IMG/VR virus record: IMGVR_UViG_3300032050_000075
Location: 16,960 to 80,959 of that record
Strand: one strand, 5' to 3'
Length of the DNA stretch: 64,000 bases
DNA from: a virus
A program made the position numbers and the translations under genes. This document shows, in pieces, positions 20,001-28,279 of this stretch; the first letter of the stretch is position 1, and each line of letters begins with the position of its first letter. A model generated the notes under the pieces. The model saw only the letters and a program-made list of their open reading frames with translations. It made no database searches and was not told where the DNA came from.

Positions 20001-21058
20001 GCCCCATAGCTTCCACCTGAAATTGAAAATAAAATCTTCTCTTCAGGATTAGATTTAAGATAGGAGTATGATTGCTCTAATGCTGTAAACTGCGCATTCA
20101 AAAGCTTCTCAGCTTCTAATTCAGTTATGTTAAGATTTTTAGATAGTTCAGTAGGATTCTGAACGTTCTTAACATTTGTTAAAATAAATTTTCCGTCTCT
20201 TTTTGCAGGTAGGAATCTGGTATTATAATAAATCATTTTACCAGATAACGAAACATTGTAGTCCTGATCAAAAATTACCGGATTACCTTCACTATCAGTT
20301 ATCGTATAAACAAAACCGTTATCATACAACTCTTTATCTTCAGGTCTATTAAGATCCATCTTAGAGTGTAGCTGTGCTGCAGGTATTTGATTATACCGCA
20401 TCATTGTAACAAATAGGCCACCGTATACTCCTGGATAATAGATACCAGACAATTCTGTGGCCCCTACACGCTTACCAATATGATTTCTAAGGATCTCATG
20501 AACAAATTTTGTGTAGTACTGCATTCCTGGGTCAGCCCCAAGACTTGGATCATCTGGATCTACTAATTCATTTATAGTAGTAGATATTGCTGTTTGTGGA
20601 CGTAATCTTGCTAACTGAAATGTATTTTCTGATATTTTTTGCTCAACTTTTTTTTGTTGTATTTCTTTTTCTTCTTCCTTAAGAATATCTTCTACTACAT
20701 CTTTAGAAACAATAGGTGCAACATATTCACTTACAAGATTTAATCCATTGACTGGATCTGCAAACTCAATGTTTTTCTTCATTAACTCATTGAGATCCAA
20801 ACCTTTAAACAGAAGCTTGGCAATATCATTCGGTCTATTTGTAGTCAATTGTGATATAATCACAGATCCCATCCTTGCATAGTCTAATGCAAGATTCTTA
20901 TTACCGTTTGATCCGGCTTCAATAAGATTATAAAGATCTTTCAAGTATGACTTAACGTCAAACTGTGATTCTGAACTTGTAAGTATATCTAACAAGTCAC
21001 CTGAAATCTTTACTCTAAGGGTTCTGATTTGATCAGGCGTGAGACTACAATTTATCAT
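11051..21058 (-). CDS. virion-packaged DNA-dependent RNA polymerase polyprotein (crAss-like, two-barrel), with zincin-like domain
   Basis: RIPTQG...GKTGGDFDIDKMF catalytic motif (DFDID as in crAss-like phage RNAPs), DGQGW and FFKR motifs, YHEAWH HExxH; 3335 aa. Confidence 0.9.
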   Translation of the reverse strand: MINCSLTPDQIRTLRVKISGDLLDILTSSESQFDVKSYLKDLYNLIEAGSNGNKNLALDYARMGSVIISQLTTNRPNDIAKLLFKGLDLNELMKKNIEFADPVNGLNLVSEYVAPIVSKDVVEDILKEEEKEIQQKKVEQKISENTFQLARLRPQTAISTTINELVDPDDPSLGADPGMQYYTKFVHEILRNHIGKRVGATELSGIYYPGVYGGLFVTMMRYNQIPAAQLHSKMDLNRPEDKELYDNGFVYTITDSEGNPVIFDQDYNVSLSGKMIYYNTRFLPAKRDGKFILTNVKNVQNPTELSKNLNITELEAEKLLNAQFTALEQSYSYLKSNPEEKILFSISGGSYGAIVNEKAAFVDPKTIDFEGAAKKVMLLNKNQIVEATGSSNSKGGFYLSVSGKGLMYMKNKKLSDSDTNLIYNVLTKSITNQAGQPVSLETRKNIIQTYIKMSANDISISTDSEKNRLVLKYKNEIIDLDNEQAVRNAITKDKTGNLREYTFLTNKFNSEEAVPFYTVEIDERTGGAYISGVKAMSPIEYMSHVTEVKTELAPDGTIKQYNPYFSLVSTPESIGKTILKAEEPTTYSTVREKKDTIVDQLLRGEEVIGDIQRPQNSVTRFEFIKADGTVVNFYNRNAEPINESDLSKKATLKLVDRVVTEDGREFFDVVEVYIGDKYVGNIQETDFKQPKKTEEVIAKAEPIVKEQEGKSSSDADTISKILKNNDLLKRLRNKLDDQTNVKATAEQIKLAKEWYENSPLAKFIPFTVAFNVVNTKTRGSIATWDVHGITLYKGSNYSDLYHEAWHGFTQTFLTKEQRDSLYAEARKNKGTFKSFRGREVSYANATREELEEKLAEDFREFMLSKGKKVNQKTPVRNKIFQLLLDILNYLFGKTSVQDVQDNSMGNPVISEMFEKLRVGDINQYTFNQANAEFSLLNSTIQPLDPLMDGPGTISRQDAKLLVDSTDALIGELIDKLNQAENTKTFTRALLLDKEGRTLAYKYVEEQLTNKLEELLLEHNAMDANADRQEIDYKISLLAYALRNFGDSNNPFNTFGLVKYHGQTSEFLEFEDRLGDMPEDVNVYERNEFDRKAGNETAMKALAGTSLLYTIKTLHSHDSNGNVEKNMLGFPKLADFNRSWNRITNITEGSNNVDDIYKKLQDASADYPIIKQFIDKVGSPANLENSSVRLWSDIEKIMTMPRIGLVSLRVKVENSKPEGSDKIKKTVILTATQATGEYTKVGKKWDSQFAIATGPYITVDENNVNTLNIDKVLADFPVVTFDNADRFMEAVGMPLESTKVAEKAFRESNMLVDVRNIHTTLKGIQEYHNQYSPTKRLVITKPSEILKDFKVKISLDPGASDSEKRRAISTQIKLGGSTATFNNLQKFQLKWSDDFSDTTVSNAENQNQYERSLRSSASQTISKLNAANTETELTQDGVTNADDLSMNHLSRRRNPFVKTSAFFRRLFDKNGKKKTGIVNNKMTTARIELMNMSGVSRELVNVKSIVENSGVASSSADAVTKRLEDMLMMMLYGVNEATRHADKSTTYLYKVVDEEGNVHLIDIASFSDAVGENMSTGVQKYVNQLVQYLASEYERIQKLEDGDSAGTVTVGKSNYYKTGTQFAIFDKILSDTTKNKLKAFRGAKENSIRTAENFYRYLNDPINRDLKNTVEKEITEYIFSRSNIITEKLNEVNFFQNDQLVDELVKRMLRTKKKGYEKSETLTTLSRDRKKEIVDSIAIAYTANDWLHKYESTLLFYGDPALYDHSKDEFFKRNAGFSATGDIPRTDKYMIEYINQKLREDSLAGKLGITPKSFGKIMSAAVMQDTATRSLYLDDYLKYAKEKEEARLRDLNLSEDTINQALKKTEDIFNDAYASMKEGDGQGWINFDAYRSLLLSLNKWSHYQEQLYSKVINNEQVDVRELLQFFPVKKMQYWGPLATDGLPVYGFHKYSLMPLIPNITVDTHMEILQQRMLEQGVDYAMFQSGSKINTITDNGAVDKFYNDNTNEKDQSVAFANPAYTFTKNNIFLDYFKDQLEVNDAYKGYVTFPTQLRTLIEEGLMENGVPTDWKPELKDKFERIKQWKEETNKRGSNNYRLLDLYESRLKKLVELKKQKLQKEIGTNPIDLVKFIRRELTRREMAEHSIEFVDFDEQKNKFKNSLDLSLMADSIERGLVAVVQKNLINQKVNGESLVQVAGTGFEKANFRKPSKEEAKKYGQRGLRFYDLKDGKTQAMQIKIAMQGKFKELLRLEDVRTLAREQDISPLDALNMRLKDEEWVNNNRNLITSVAVRIPTQGLNSMEFMEIAEFLPESSGNIIILPAEIVGKTGGDFDIDKMFTLFPNIKVDEDGVAQIETGDTINGVENDILFITKEILEKEDNFLSLVTPNTTITLKDIAEQIAEKLKGKKQKRSATDIFESEVNLEKHQSNNIGKMILGIIAVNNTFSTIFNRTGLVLLPERVVTSTESGNVYGRQTLELPHNTIDGNISLSSLYSADGIDKISDLISQMINGSVDVAKDDWIFDLQADKEAISKIVFMIQAGVPAKQVALFMSQPIIREYIRKQKMLRSKFNEPLGIKDPGTYYRITARDQILFDEEFGFGLVKKDYEKDGTVKKWMLWPTIEGIAKSADKNLFSEKALEDNIKSKEYTDVDRAVFAHYLEIEEMANGVTNLTQKLNFDTSKTSTLFEARTKLSELNDLANGISQESIDMIINNSPKGAFKIQDFIVDVFKDIFPLRDGDKLNNHISSALLARDKNFRQKLSTLKKRIGMADDEDVINKYRSDLISFIFQQNYYKFDPNAKTYNGVDLTYDIQEVKSLNNGAFVKDGVLYVDRAKIKEIFNSEKYKSGQAWGYAIAPIDPTVLSLYDKDVAEGLYYKYTYQREINRSIATNSFENISKTKEFFEYKKEFTGDANADFKAYEMVLRDRTLDGLNYHGHMFFGKRAYAKQIMALKDTNPELFEKYQFLSDLEIVNTRYGNTEISNLRIGGRPKGKDIERLYDNLQELSDATVRKVKDSFENALLSNLFQKMTHFALLQSGIDTASTFSLIPFVSNESYLNLVKEPYEQFLANPDASPLDLYDSLFEAQYSEEGNKALKVKVKAFAKSIDEITTYRRYTKEYIDLDAPSGKMSIELDKFTLVKDNLTNSTQFSTGDKNLTEAIMKEFASVLAQSTDKQLVVFNEIDGRTKNAQGNNSAYRAMGEYAYGIITKKGSMPTTRAGKQDKKLMFTDDTLEQNKEMIDAMINELKSKQAEGYELLFDANGYGQYMAGYNEYLPLKEKPDFEPSAPETFNYLSQQLFEKFGYLNPNYLKTLQGRRIVQSRQPVTDEEIFDLKKSCKLA

Positions 21059-21059
21059 T

Positions 21060-24000
21060 TTATTTACAGCCTAATGAGTTTAAAAGGTCGTTATCTCTTT
21101 GTTCTTTTGTCATGGACTTGGCTTTCTCCACGTCCTCATTAATAGTATTTATAAGGTCTTCCTCCGTAGTAACAGTATTCAAATTCTCATTTGACAACTG
21201 TTGTTCTTCAGTAGTAACCTCAGGAGTAACCTCTATAGAGGGAATCCCCGTCTTATATATACTAGCAATTTCGTTAGGTATTTCACTTTCTATAAAAGTT
21301 ACTCTATCTTCAGTACCGACAGGTTGAACCGTAATGGTTCTATTAGCTGCATCAGTCTCAATAACTCTTGCGCGTTTTAATGGGAACTTGCCAGAATCTT
21401 TCATTACAAGTACAGTGTTTTCTGTTAACTCTTCAAATTTAACTAATTCTGTAGGAACCGCAGTTGCTTTTTCTGATACTTCTGGTCTAGGTGTACTCTT
21501 ATCTATAAGATTATTCGCAACATTCCAATTATAGATAATGTTAGCCGCATTAGCAGTTGTTTGAACCCATTTTGCAAACTCAGAATCCATCATGGCTTTC
21601 TGACCAGCATTGATCAGATTGTTATTATCAATTCTAAATTGTGCACGTAACTGAGCAATTAGATCTTTAGGAATATCTCCTACGGCCATATCTGTAGTAA
21701 CTGGTTTAGTTACAGTAGGAACTTCTGGTTTAAGACTTACCTCTTCTTCAACCTCAGCAGGCTGTTCTTCTACTACTTCTACAGTCTCTGGCATACCTTC
21801 AAACTTATACCCCATAGCCTCTTCAAAGTCTTTGAGATATTTTATTATGTCGGCATACTTAGGACTATCTTTTTCAACAGCGGTCTTAGTTGCAACATCA
21901 ATAAAGACAGAAGGCAATGCTTTACCTTTTACAAGATTCTCAATTTCATCAGGTAAGATGAATACTTGAAACTTATCGTATAGTTCTGCAATTACTTCAT
22001 TAGAATCCTTCCTACGAATAAACTCAGAATAGGCATCCTCTAAATACTTTTTACTTACCTCTACAACCTGTCTTTGCGAATCACTAAATCTTCTGGCTGT
22101 TTTAAAGAAAAAGTTTGGGTCATTTAATTTATTTACGTTAGCTGCTGCTACTCGTTTATCATGATCTAATTCATAGTAGTCCTGAAGATCGATAACTAAC
22201 TTGTTCATAGAAGCATCGTTCTTAGGTAGGTCAGTCACAATAGATATATATGCTCTTAAATCTTTTTCAAGTTCATTTCTAGAATATTCCAAATAATCTG
22301 GAACAGCATCCTCATCAACTGGAGCCTCTTTATCTACTAAACTTTTTCTGTATTTTTCAAGGTCCATACTGTACAAATCAATACTAGCACCTAATGCAGC
22401 CAATGCCTCATAGCTTTTCTGCTTTTGTTTTGCTAGTTTCTTTTGTTCACTATCTCCTTGTGATAACACTACTGCTTCACTTTTTAAAAGATCTAATTCT
22501 TCTTTTAGCTGAGTAGTATTAAAGATATTAGTAAGCTTTCCTGCAATTGCTCCACCTGCAAATCCCCTAGCTTCCTGAAGAATGCTACCCATTCTTTTTT
22601 CAGCTTGGTCAAAAGTATATTCATTATAGATGGCAGCTTTTCTTGCAAGCTCAAATCCCATATAATCAACAATCTCATCTGAGTCTGGATCAAACGGATT
22701 CTTTATAGTGCTGTATTTTTGATGACGCTTAGAGATTTCTTCAATCTTATTTTCAACACCAGTAAGCTTTTCTCTAATTGATTTATTATATTCATCAGCA
22801 TTTCCATTTTCTTGGCTATAGCCAAATGCCTGGAGTAATTCATCATCAGTTAATTGCTTGAAACTTCTAATCTGATCTTTTAATAAGTCTATATAACCTT
22901 TATTCAAAAGGAGTTCAACATGTTCAAAGATTGAATCTTGTGACGCATCCTTATGTTCTTTTTTATTGCCATCAGATTCAGCACGATCCATTGTTGTTGC
23001 AAAGTCCTTCTGTGCTTGTAGATTAGCATATACAGAATCAAATAAAGTCTTAGGGTCTGCAGCAACATCATTTAAGAAGTTAGTTATCTTTTCTTGCTGT
23101 TCTTTTCTTGTTTTTTGTCTTTCAGCATATTTTGTAGGATCCTTTCTTCTTTCCTGAAAATCTTTAACTACTTGCGGAGCATACTGAAATGCCAATGCTT
23201 GTGGCCCTTGAACAAGACCTCCCATCAAGAAACCAGATAAGAATGTCTCAGCACCCCTACCTGATATTTGATTTCCAAATCCCTCACCTAATGCAGCAGT
23301 ATATGATAAATATCCTGCTCTTTCAGGATTAAGATACTTTTGAGTAAAGTAATTTGTTGTTGCTTCACTTACAGCCTCTTGATATACTTCTTGTAAACCT
23401 TCTGTAAGGTTGGCCGATAAATAGCGCATGCCACCTTTAACTAAGTTTTTAGGCTTAAATTGGTTAGCAATTCTTTTAGCATTTCTTGTAGTAAACCACG
23501 TCTTAGGGTCAGCTGGATCAATGAATCCTTCATATTTCTTACCCTTACCACCTAATCTCTTTACCATTGTTCCAAGACTACCTTCTCCAACTTCTCTAAA
23601 TGGTTTAAACCCATTTAATGCTTTATCAAAAACTATCTTGTTAGAATATACAATGGCCGGCATATTCATCAGTGTAGTTCTAATACCTGCATCTTTTGCT
23701 GTTTTAAGCATCTTATTAGCAGCAATGTCATCCGGAGGCACTACATTATTTTTATTCCAGTCTTCAATAAGTTTATTAAAGACCTCATTCTGTACAAAAC
23801 CACCTTCTAATCTTGATTCAGCTAGTGCAGTATTCATCAGTCGCATATCTCTGAAGAAAGAACCAAATGTTTTAGTTGCCTTAGCTACATCAGTTAGCTT
23901 ATCAAAACCGTTTGCACCAGTGCGTACATTCTTAATAGTTTCAGCAGTATCTGAAAAAGGATTTATAAATCCAGCTACCCCATTCCAAAACTTTCTAGCC

Positions 24001-24926
24001 TGAGAAACATCTTGTACTGAATTAACAGCACTTGTCATTGAGGCAGCTTCTGCAACTGTCTTACTTGCTTTAACTGCGTCGGCCGCATTCTCAGCAGCGC
24101 TCCCCATAGAGAATAATTTTTTTATATTAGCTCCAGTTCTTGCTATAGCTGGTGCTGCTAATGCACCTTCAGTTAATGCTGCTGCACCCCATAATGCTAC
24201 TTCTTCGGCAAGCATTTCCCCCATTACACCGAAGGTATATGCAGAATTTGCAAATTGGTTAGTCATAAAACCACCAATACCACCTCTTGATGTTGATGCA
24301 ATAGACATAAGCCTATTCATCTCCCTAGCATTTTTGGTATCTCCTGCTGTATTTAGAGTAAACAAATCATCCCAGTTTTGGGCAGTTTGTTTAAATCCTA
24401 AACCGGCAAGTTTACCCCACTGATTCCATGCCCTACTAAAATCATCTGTCCAAGAACTATTAGCATTATAGATAGATTCATTATCTACATATGGATTCCA
24501 TCCCAATTGTTTGAATGAGGGATGTGCATAATATCTATCAAAATTTAATTTATTAGGTCCAGCAGTAAATCCAATCTTTCTTGGCCCTATAACAGCTGTA
24601 TTTTCAGGGATTGCTCCCGGAGCAGATATACCACCAATTAGTCCTTTTACATAATCAACATTACCTCCTTGCTTTGGTCTAACAACATTAGGCTTAAATG
24701 AAGCCATACCGTTGTATGTACCTAATTGTTCGTTTGCTTTCTGTATATTTCCACCAGTATAGACACCACCATTACCTGGTTTTTGTAATAACAACTGATC
24801 AATACCCTGTTCTAATCTAGGTACTGCTTGATCTAAATACTGTTTAGTTTGAGCAAGAGTATTTAAATATTGATCAATAGGATCGACACCCTGTATGCCA
24901 GGAGGTATTTGAAAGTTATCTACCAT
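21060..24926 (-). CDS. large internal virion/ejection protein (1288 aa)
   Basis: Ala/Gly-rich hydrophobic stretches, EGLQEVYQ and FLSGFLMGG motifs like phage DNA-transfer proteins; single Cys at residue 1287. Confidence 0.7.
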   Translation of the reverse strand: MVDNFQIPPGIQGVDPIDQYLNTLAQTKQYLDQAVPRLEQGIDQLLLQKPGNGGVYTGGNIQKANEQLGTYNGMASFKPNVVRPKQGGNVDYVKGLIGGISAPGAIPENTAVIGPRKIGFTAGPNKLNFDRYYAHPSFKQLGWNPYVDNESIYNANSSWTDDFSRAWNQWGKLAGLGFKQTAQNWDDLFTLNTAGDTKNAREMNRLMSIASTSRGGIGGFMTNQFANSAYTFGVMGEMLAEEVALWGAAALTEGALAAPAIARTGANIKKLFSMGSAAENAADAVKASKTVAEAASMTSAVNSVQDVSQARKFWNGVAGFINPFSDTAETIKNVRTGANGFDKLTDVAKATKTFGSFFRDMRLMNTALAESRLEGGFVQNEVFNKLIEDWNKNNVVPPDDIAANKMLKTAKDAGIRTTLMNMPAIVYSNKIVFDKALNGFKPFREVGEGSLGTMVKRLGGKGKKYEGFIDPADPKTWFTTRNAKRIANQFKPKNLVKGGMRYLSANLTEGLQEVYQEAVSEATTNYFTQKYLNPERAGYLSYTAALGEGFGNQISGRGAETFLSGFLMGGLVQGPQALAFQYAPQVVKDFQERRKDPTKYAERQKTRKEQQEKITNFLNDVAADPKTLFDSVYANLQAQKDFATTMDRAESDGNKKEHKDASQDSIFEHVELLLNKGYIDLLKDQIRSFKQLTDDELLQAFGYSQENGNADEYNKSIREKLTGVENKIEEISKRHQKYSTIKNPFDPDSDEIVDYMGFELARKAAIYNEYTFDQAEKRMGSILQEARGFAGGAIAGKLTNIFNTTQLKEELDLLKSEAVVLSQGDSEQKKLAKQKQKSYEALAALGASIDLYSMDLEKYRKSLVDKEAPVDEDAVPDYLEYSRNELEKDLRAYISIVTDLPKNDASMNKLVIDLQDYYELDHDKRVAAANVNKLNDPNFFFKTARRFSDSQRQVVEVSKKYLEDAYSEFIRRKDSNEVIAELYDKFQVFILPDEIENLVKGKALPSVFIDVATKTAVEKDSPKYADIIKYLKDFEEAMGYKFEGMPETVEVVEEQPAEVEEEVSLKPEVPTVTKPVTTDMAVGDIPKDLIAQLRAQFRIDNNNLINAGQKAMMDSEFAKWVQTTANAANIIYNWNVANNLIDKSTPRPEVSEKATAVPTELVKFEELTENTVLVMKDSGKFPLKRARVIETDAANRTITVQPVGTEDRVTFIESEIPNEIASIYKTGIPSIEVTPEVTTEEQQLSNENLNTVTTEEDLINTINEDVEKAKSMTKEQRDNDLLNSLGCK

Positions 24927-27900
24927 TATTCTTCAGTTTCTGATAGTTGAGCTGGATCTTTTACAGAATTATTTCTTATGGAGTTTAACTGATTAATATT
25001 AGACTGGCTTACCTGCGCAAAGAAATCCTTGAAGTAACTTGTAATGCTGTTTAAATCGCTATCAGAAGATCCAAATATTGGATTGCTAAGAAACTTTCCT
25101 AGTTCATCAACTGCTTTTGCATGTCCACTATAACTATATCCGCCAAGTGCATTTCTAGTTACAGTAAGTTCACCAGCATCTTTAAAGCTAGTTATGGTAA
25201 TTTTACCATCTAGATTCATAAGCATTTCATCATTACTCATTCTCATTGCTTGAAATGGTGCCGATACGGCTTTATTGGCATCCATAAAGAAAGTAATCTT
25301 GGTATCTTTACCTTCTGATAGTCTTTGTTGTAATTTCCAAGTAGGTCCTTGTTCCTTTTCATTACCTGCATGTTCCATAATCCAGTCAGGAGAAGGATCC
25401 AATGTTACAGCTACTTTATTGGCATCATTAGCGGCAACCGCATTTAAATAATATATTCCCGTTGGTCTCTTTTGATTTTCACCAGTCTTGCCACCATAAT
25501 TCATACTAGCTGAAGCAAAAAATGTTTTTAATGCAAGTTCAGCACTATTATCATGTTGAAAATCCTCAGAAGCATATTCTTCTGCTGTAATGTCGAATCC
25601 AGAACCATAAACGACTTTTGCACCATAATCATCTCTAAATGATGGAGATGCCATCTTTGGAAGGAAATCTTTTTGAAAAATGTCCATTCCCATTGCATAT
25701 CCTAGTGTATTATAGTTAGCTGCATCAAATCCATAGATTTTTGCGTTTGTAAAAAATCTATTTAATCCATCTTTACTGACAAGATTATCATCAAATACTG
25801 ATTTTAATTTTAAATTACCATCAGGATTTTTAGATAGAGTTTCATGTGCTTCTTTAAGATTCTCATAAATATCAATTGCATCATCTCGCATATCTGCAAT
25901 TCTTTCTTCCTCAGAAATGCCATATTCAGTATCTCCACTAAAGTCAGTACCCATAAAACTTCTAATTCCAGTTTTAGGATAATCCTGCATATTATTTTTA
26001 TTGGCCTCAATATATGCTGCAACAAATTCATTTTCAGTTCTAGCACTAGTCATGTCAGGTCTCCAGAATAACTTACTTGTTTCTGCAGTAGTACCAGCTT
26101 CATTTGCCATAGCTACACCTATCTGCTGATTGTTTTGAGTCATTGTGTTTTTAAGGCTGGCAATTAATCGATTACCATTATCAATATTTACTTGCCTTCC
26201 TTCCATTGCAATTTTTGCCTGAGAAATACCATCTTCGTATGATGTACCTTTATATAAAGTATGGGCTTGATTGGTGGCATTTAAAACTCGTTTGTTTACT
26301 TCATTATAGTAATCAGTAGAACTTGGGTCCGATAAATTTGTAAGATCACCTACAAGTTGGTATATGCCATTTTGATCTTTTGCTACTAATCCTCTACTCT
26401 TTACAGCTCCAGGAACTGTAATGGTTTCTTTACCAGTAAAGCCTTCTACAATATTTGCAGCACCAGCACCAAGTGCAGCAGTACCAGCAGCACCGATTGC
26501 TATTTGTGCTGGCAATGTCGCTCCGCCAGTAAATACAGTACCAAGTAATGCCTCTGCCCATGCTCCTACACCAAGTACAGATTGCATGAAACCTTTTCCA
26601 ACTTTACTCCAGTCAGTCGGAAGATCTTCGCCATCTTTAGTATAATCTTGTTGCTTATCAATTATTTGGTATTCTACTACTGCTTCTTTTATATCCTGTT
26701 CAGCTTTCTGCTTCTGCTCAGGCGTTGTATTAGGATCAGTAAGAATGGTATTTTGAAAATCTAAAAATGACTGAATATTTTCTTTTACAAGAGAAGTATT
26801 AGTAGTTGTTGTCTGATCCAGGGCAGCTTCATTTTCTCTTTGAATGGCAACATTTTCAGTCGTTGTTCCACCAGGTCCAGGAATAGCAACATCTGCACCT
26901 GTATTAAGTAATGGATTTAATGATCCACCAGGTACTGCATTTCCTGTTTCTTTAAGTATCTCCGTTGCGATATCCATAATTTTGAGAGTCTTCTTTTTCT
27001 CAAAATCATCTTGTTGTAGCATCCATTTATTTCTAAACTGAACTGCTTCAAGATCATATGGATTAACCTGAAAATCTACCTTAGCTTTACTAGTAGCATA
27101 TTGTGATGCAGTAGTAAGAGCAAGATCATCTATCTTAAAATAAGATAGTGCATTATCAACTCGGTATCTTAATGACTCACGGTCCAAGCCGTTAATATCA
27201 ATACCATCTACTTGTGATAATACTTCTTTATTTTTATTAGAGTCAGCAGCTAATACAGATTGGTCACTAAGAGTGCCTTGATACATTGCAACCAGATCTT
27301 TATCTAACTCAGGATCAATACCATAGGTAGCAACTCTATTTTCAATTACTTTTTTATTTGTATTAGCAGCTTCTAGTTTTTCAGTTGTCTGCTTATTTAA
27401 TTCCGCATAGTACCGATTAATTTCAGTTACTTTATTTTGCAAGTATTCCGTTTCAGCAGCAAACTCATCACCATTAAACTTTATGGCATTCTCTTTAGAG
27501 TAATTCTTTCTTTCAAGATATGCCTGAGTTTCGGTCATTGCCTTTACTCTAGGGTCGGAAAGCAATACTGATGAAAATGTATTTTGAAGAGTAGGAATTG
27601 CCTGTTGACCATTGGTATGCTTAAAAATAAATCCATTAGAGAAATCTAGGTACTCAGGATTAATGTTGTTATCTTTAGCAAACTTAAATAGTTTTTCTGT
27701 GGTATCAATATACGGTGTATACTCTGGATTTCTATATCTCAATGACTCATCATCACTTGATTTAGCAAAATCTTCGGCCTGATAATGTAATGCTGTTACA
27801 CCTTCATTCCAGTATCTTTCATCATTTTTAGGATTAGGATTCCTCTTAAGTGCATCAGCTCTTTGCAGCTGACCATAATACTGTTTTGTAAATGCTATAT

Positions 27901-28222
27901 CTTTTCTGAAATAGTCATTATCAATCAGAGGTTGGAATAACTTACTTGCTTCCAGAACATTTTCCTGCAGAGATAAATCCACACCAGAAAGTCGCTTTAT
28001 ATCAGCATCAATTTGTGTAAATAATGAATCCCTTCTATCTTTATTATCTTGTCTAAGTAGTTCAGAATTAAGCATTTGGCCATAGATAGAACTGATTCTA
28101 TTATAGCCAGCTTGATACTGCTGCTGCTTATGTTCAAGTGCAGATTGGAAAAAGTTAAAATCCGGCTTAAACGGCTGGATTTGTGGAATGTAATCTTGTA
28201 TACCAGGTATGTACGTTGCCAT
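24926..28222 (-). CDS. internal virion protein (1098 aa) with putative membrane-inserting hairpin
   Basis: Coiled-coil N-terminal half; SVLGVGAWAEALLGTVFTGGATLPAQIAIGAAGTAALGAGAANIV hydrophobic segment; no Cys seen. Confidence 0.7.
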   Translation of the reverse strand: MATYIPGIQDYIPQIQPFKPDFNFFQSALEHKQQQYQAGYNRISSIYGQMLNSELLRQDNKDRRDSLFTQIDADIKRLSGVDLSLQENVLEASKLFQPLIDNDYFRKDIAFTKQYYGQLQRADALKRNPNPKNDERYWNEGVTALHYQAEDFAKSSDDESLRYRNPEYTPYIDTTEKLFKFAKDNNINPEYLDFSNGFIFKHTNGQQAIPTLQNTFSSVLLSDPRVKAMTETQAYLERKNYSKENAIKFNGDEFAAETEYLQNKVTEINRYYAELNKQTTEKLEAANTNKKVIENRVATYGIDPELDKDLVAMYQGTLSDQSVLAADSNKNKEVLSQVDGIDINGLDRESLRYRVDNALSYFKIDDLALTTASQYATSKAKVDFQVNPYDLEAVQFRNKWMLQQDDFEKKKTLKIMDIATEILKETGNAVPGGSLNPLLNTGADVAIPGPGGTTTENVAIQRENEAALDQTTTTNTSLVKENIQSFLDFQNTILTDPNTTPEQKQKAEQDIKEAVVEYQIIDKQQDYTKDGEDLPTDWSKVGKGFMQSVLGVGAWAEALLGTVFTGGATLPAQIAIGAAGTAALGAGAANIVEGFTGKETITVPGAVKSRGLVAKDQNGIYQLVGDLTNLSDPSSTDYYNEVNKRVLNATNQAHTLYKGTSYEDGISQAKIAMEGRQVNIDNGNRLIASLKNTMTQNNQQIGVAMANEAGTTAETSKLFWRPDMTSARTENEFVAAYIEANKNNMQDYPKTGIRSFMGTDFSGDTEYGISEEERIADMRDDAIDIYENLKEAHETLSKNPDGNLKLKSVFDDNLVSKDGLNRFFTNAKIYGFDAANYNTLGYAMGMDIFQKDFLPKMASPSFRDDYGAKVVYGSGFDITAEEYASEDFQHDNSAELALKTFFASASMNYGGKTGENQKRPTGIYYLNAVAANDANKVAVTLDPSPDWIMEHAGNEKEQGPTWKLQQRLSEGKDTKITFFMDANKAVSAPFQAMRMSNDEMLMNLDGKITITSFKDAGELTVTRNALGGYSYSGHAKAVDELGKFLSNPIFGSSDSDLNSITSYFKDFFAQVSQSNINQLNSIRNNSVKDPAQLSETEE

Positions 28223-28232
28223 TTCTTATACT

Positions 28233-28257
28233 AAAATACGAAGAAATTTATAAAGTT
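28233..28257 (-). promoter_or_regulatory. candidate phage-specific promoter AACTTT-N12-GTATTTT
   Basis: Same bipartite spacing recurs at 42618-42642 and 58083-58107, each in an intergenic gap upstream of a minus-strand gene. Confidence 0.45.
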
Positions 28258-28279
28258 TAATAAACTTCTCAAGTTTAAA

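Noticed and set aside
11040-21070. Programmed frameshift or readthrough fusing the three giant genes
   Set aside because: The junctions are ordinary TAATG/TAAAATG coupling, each followed by a proper ATG, with no clear slippery heptamer or stimulatory structure.
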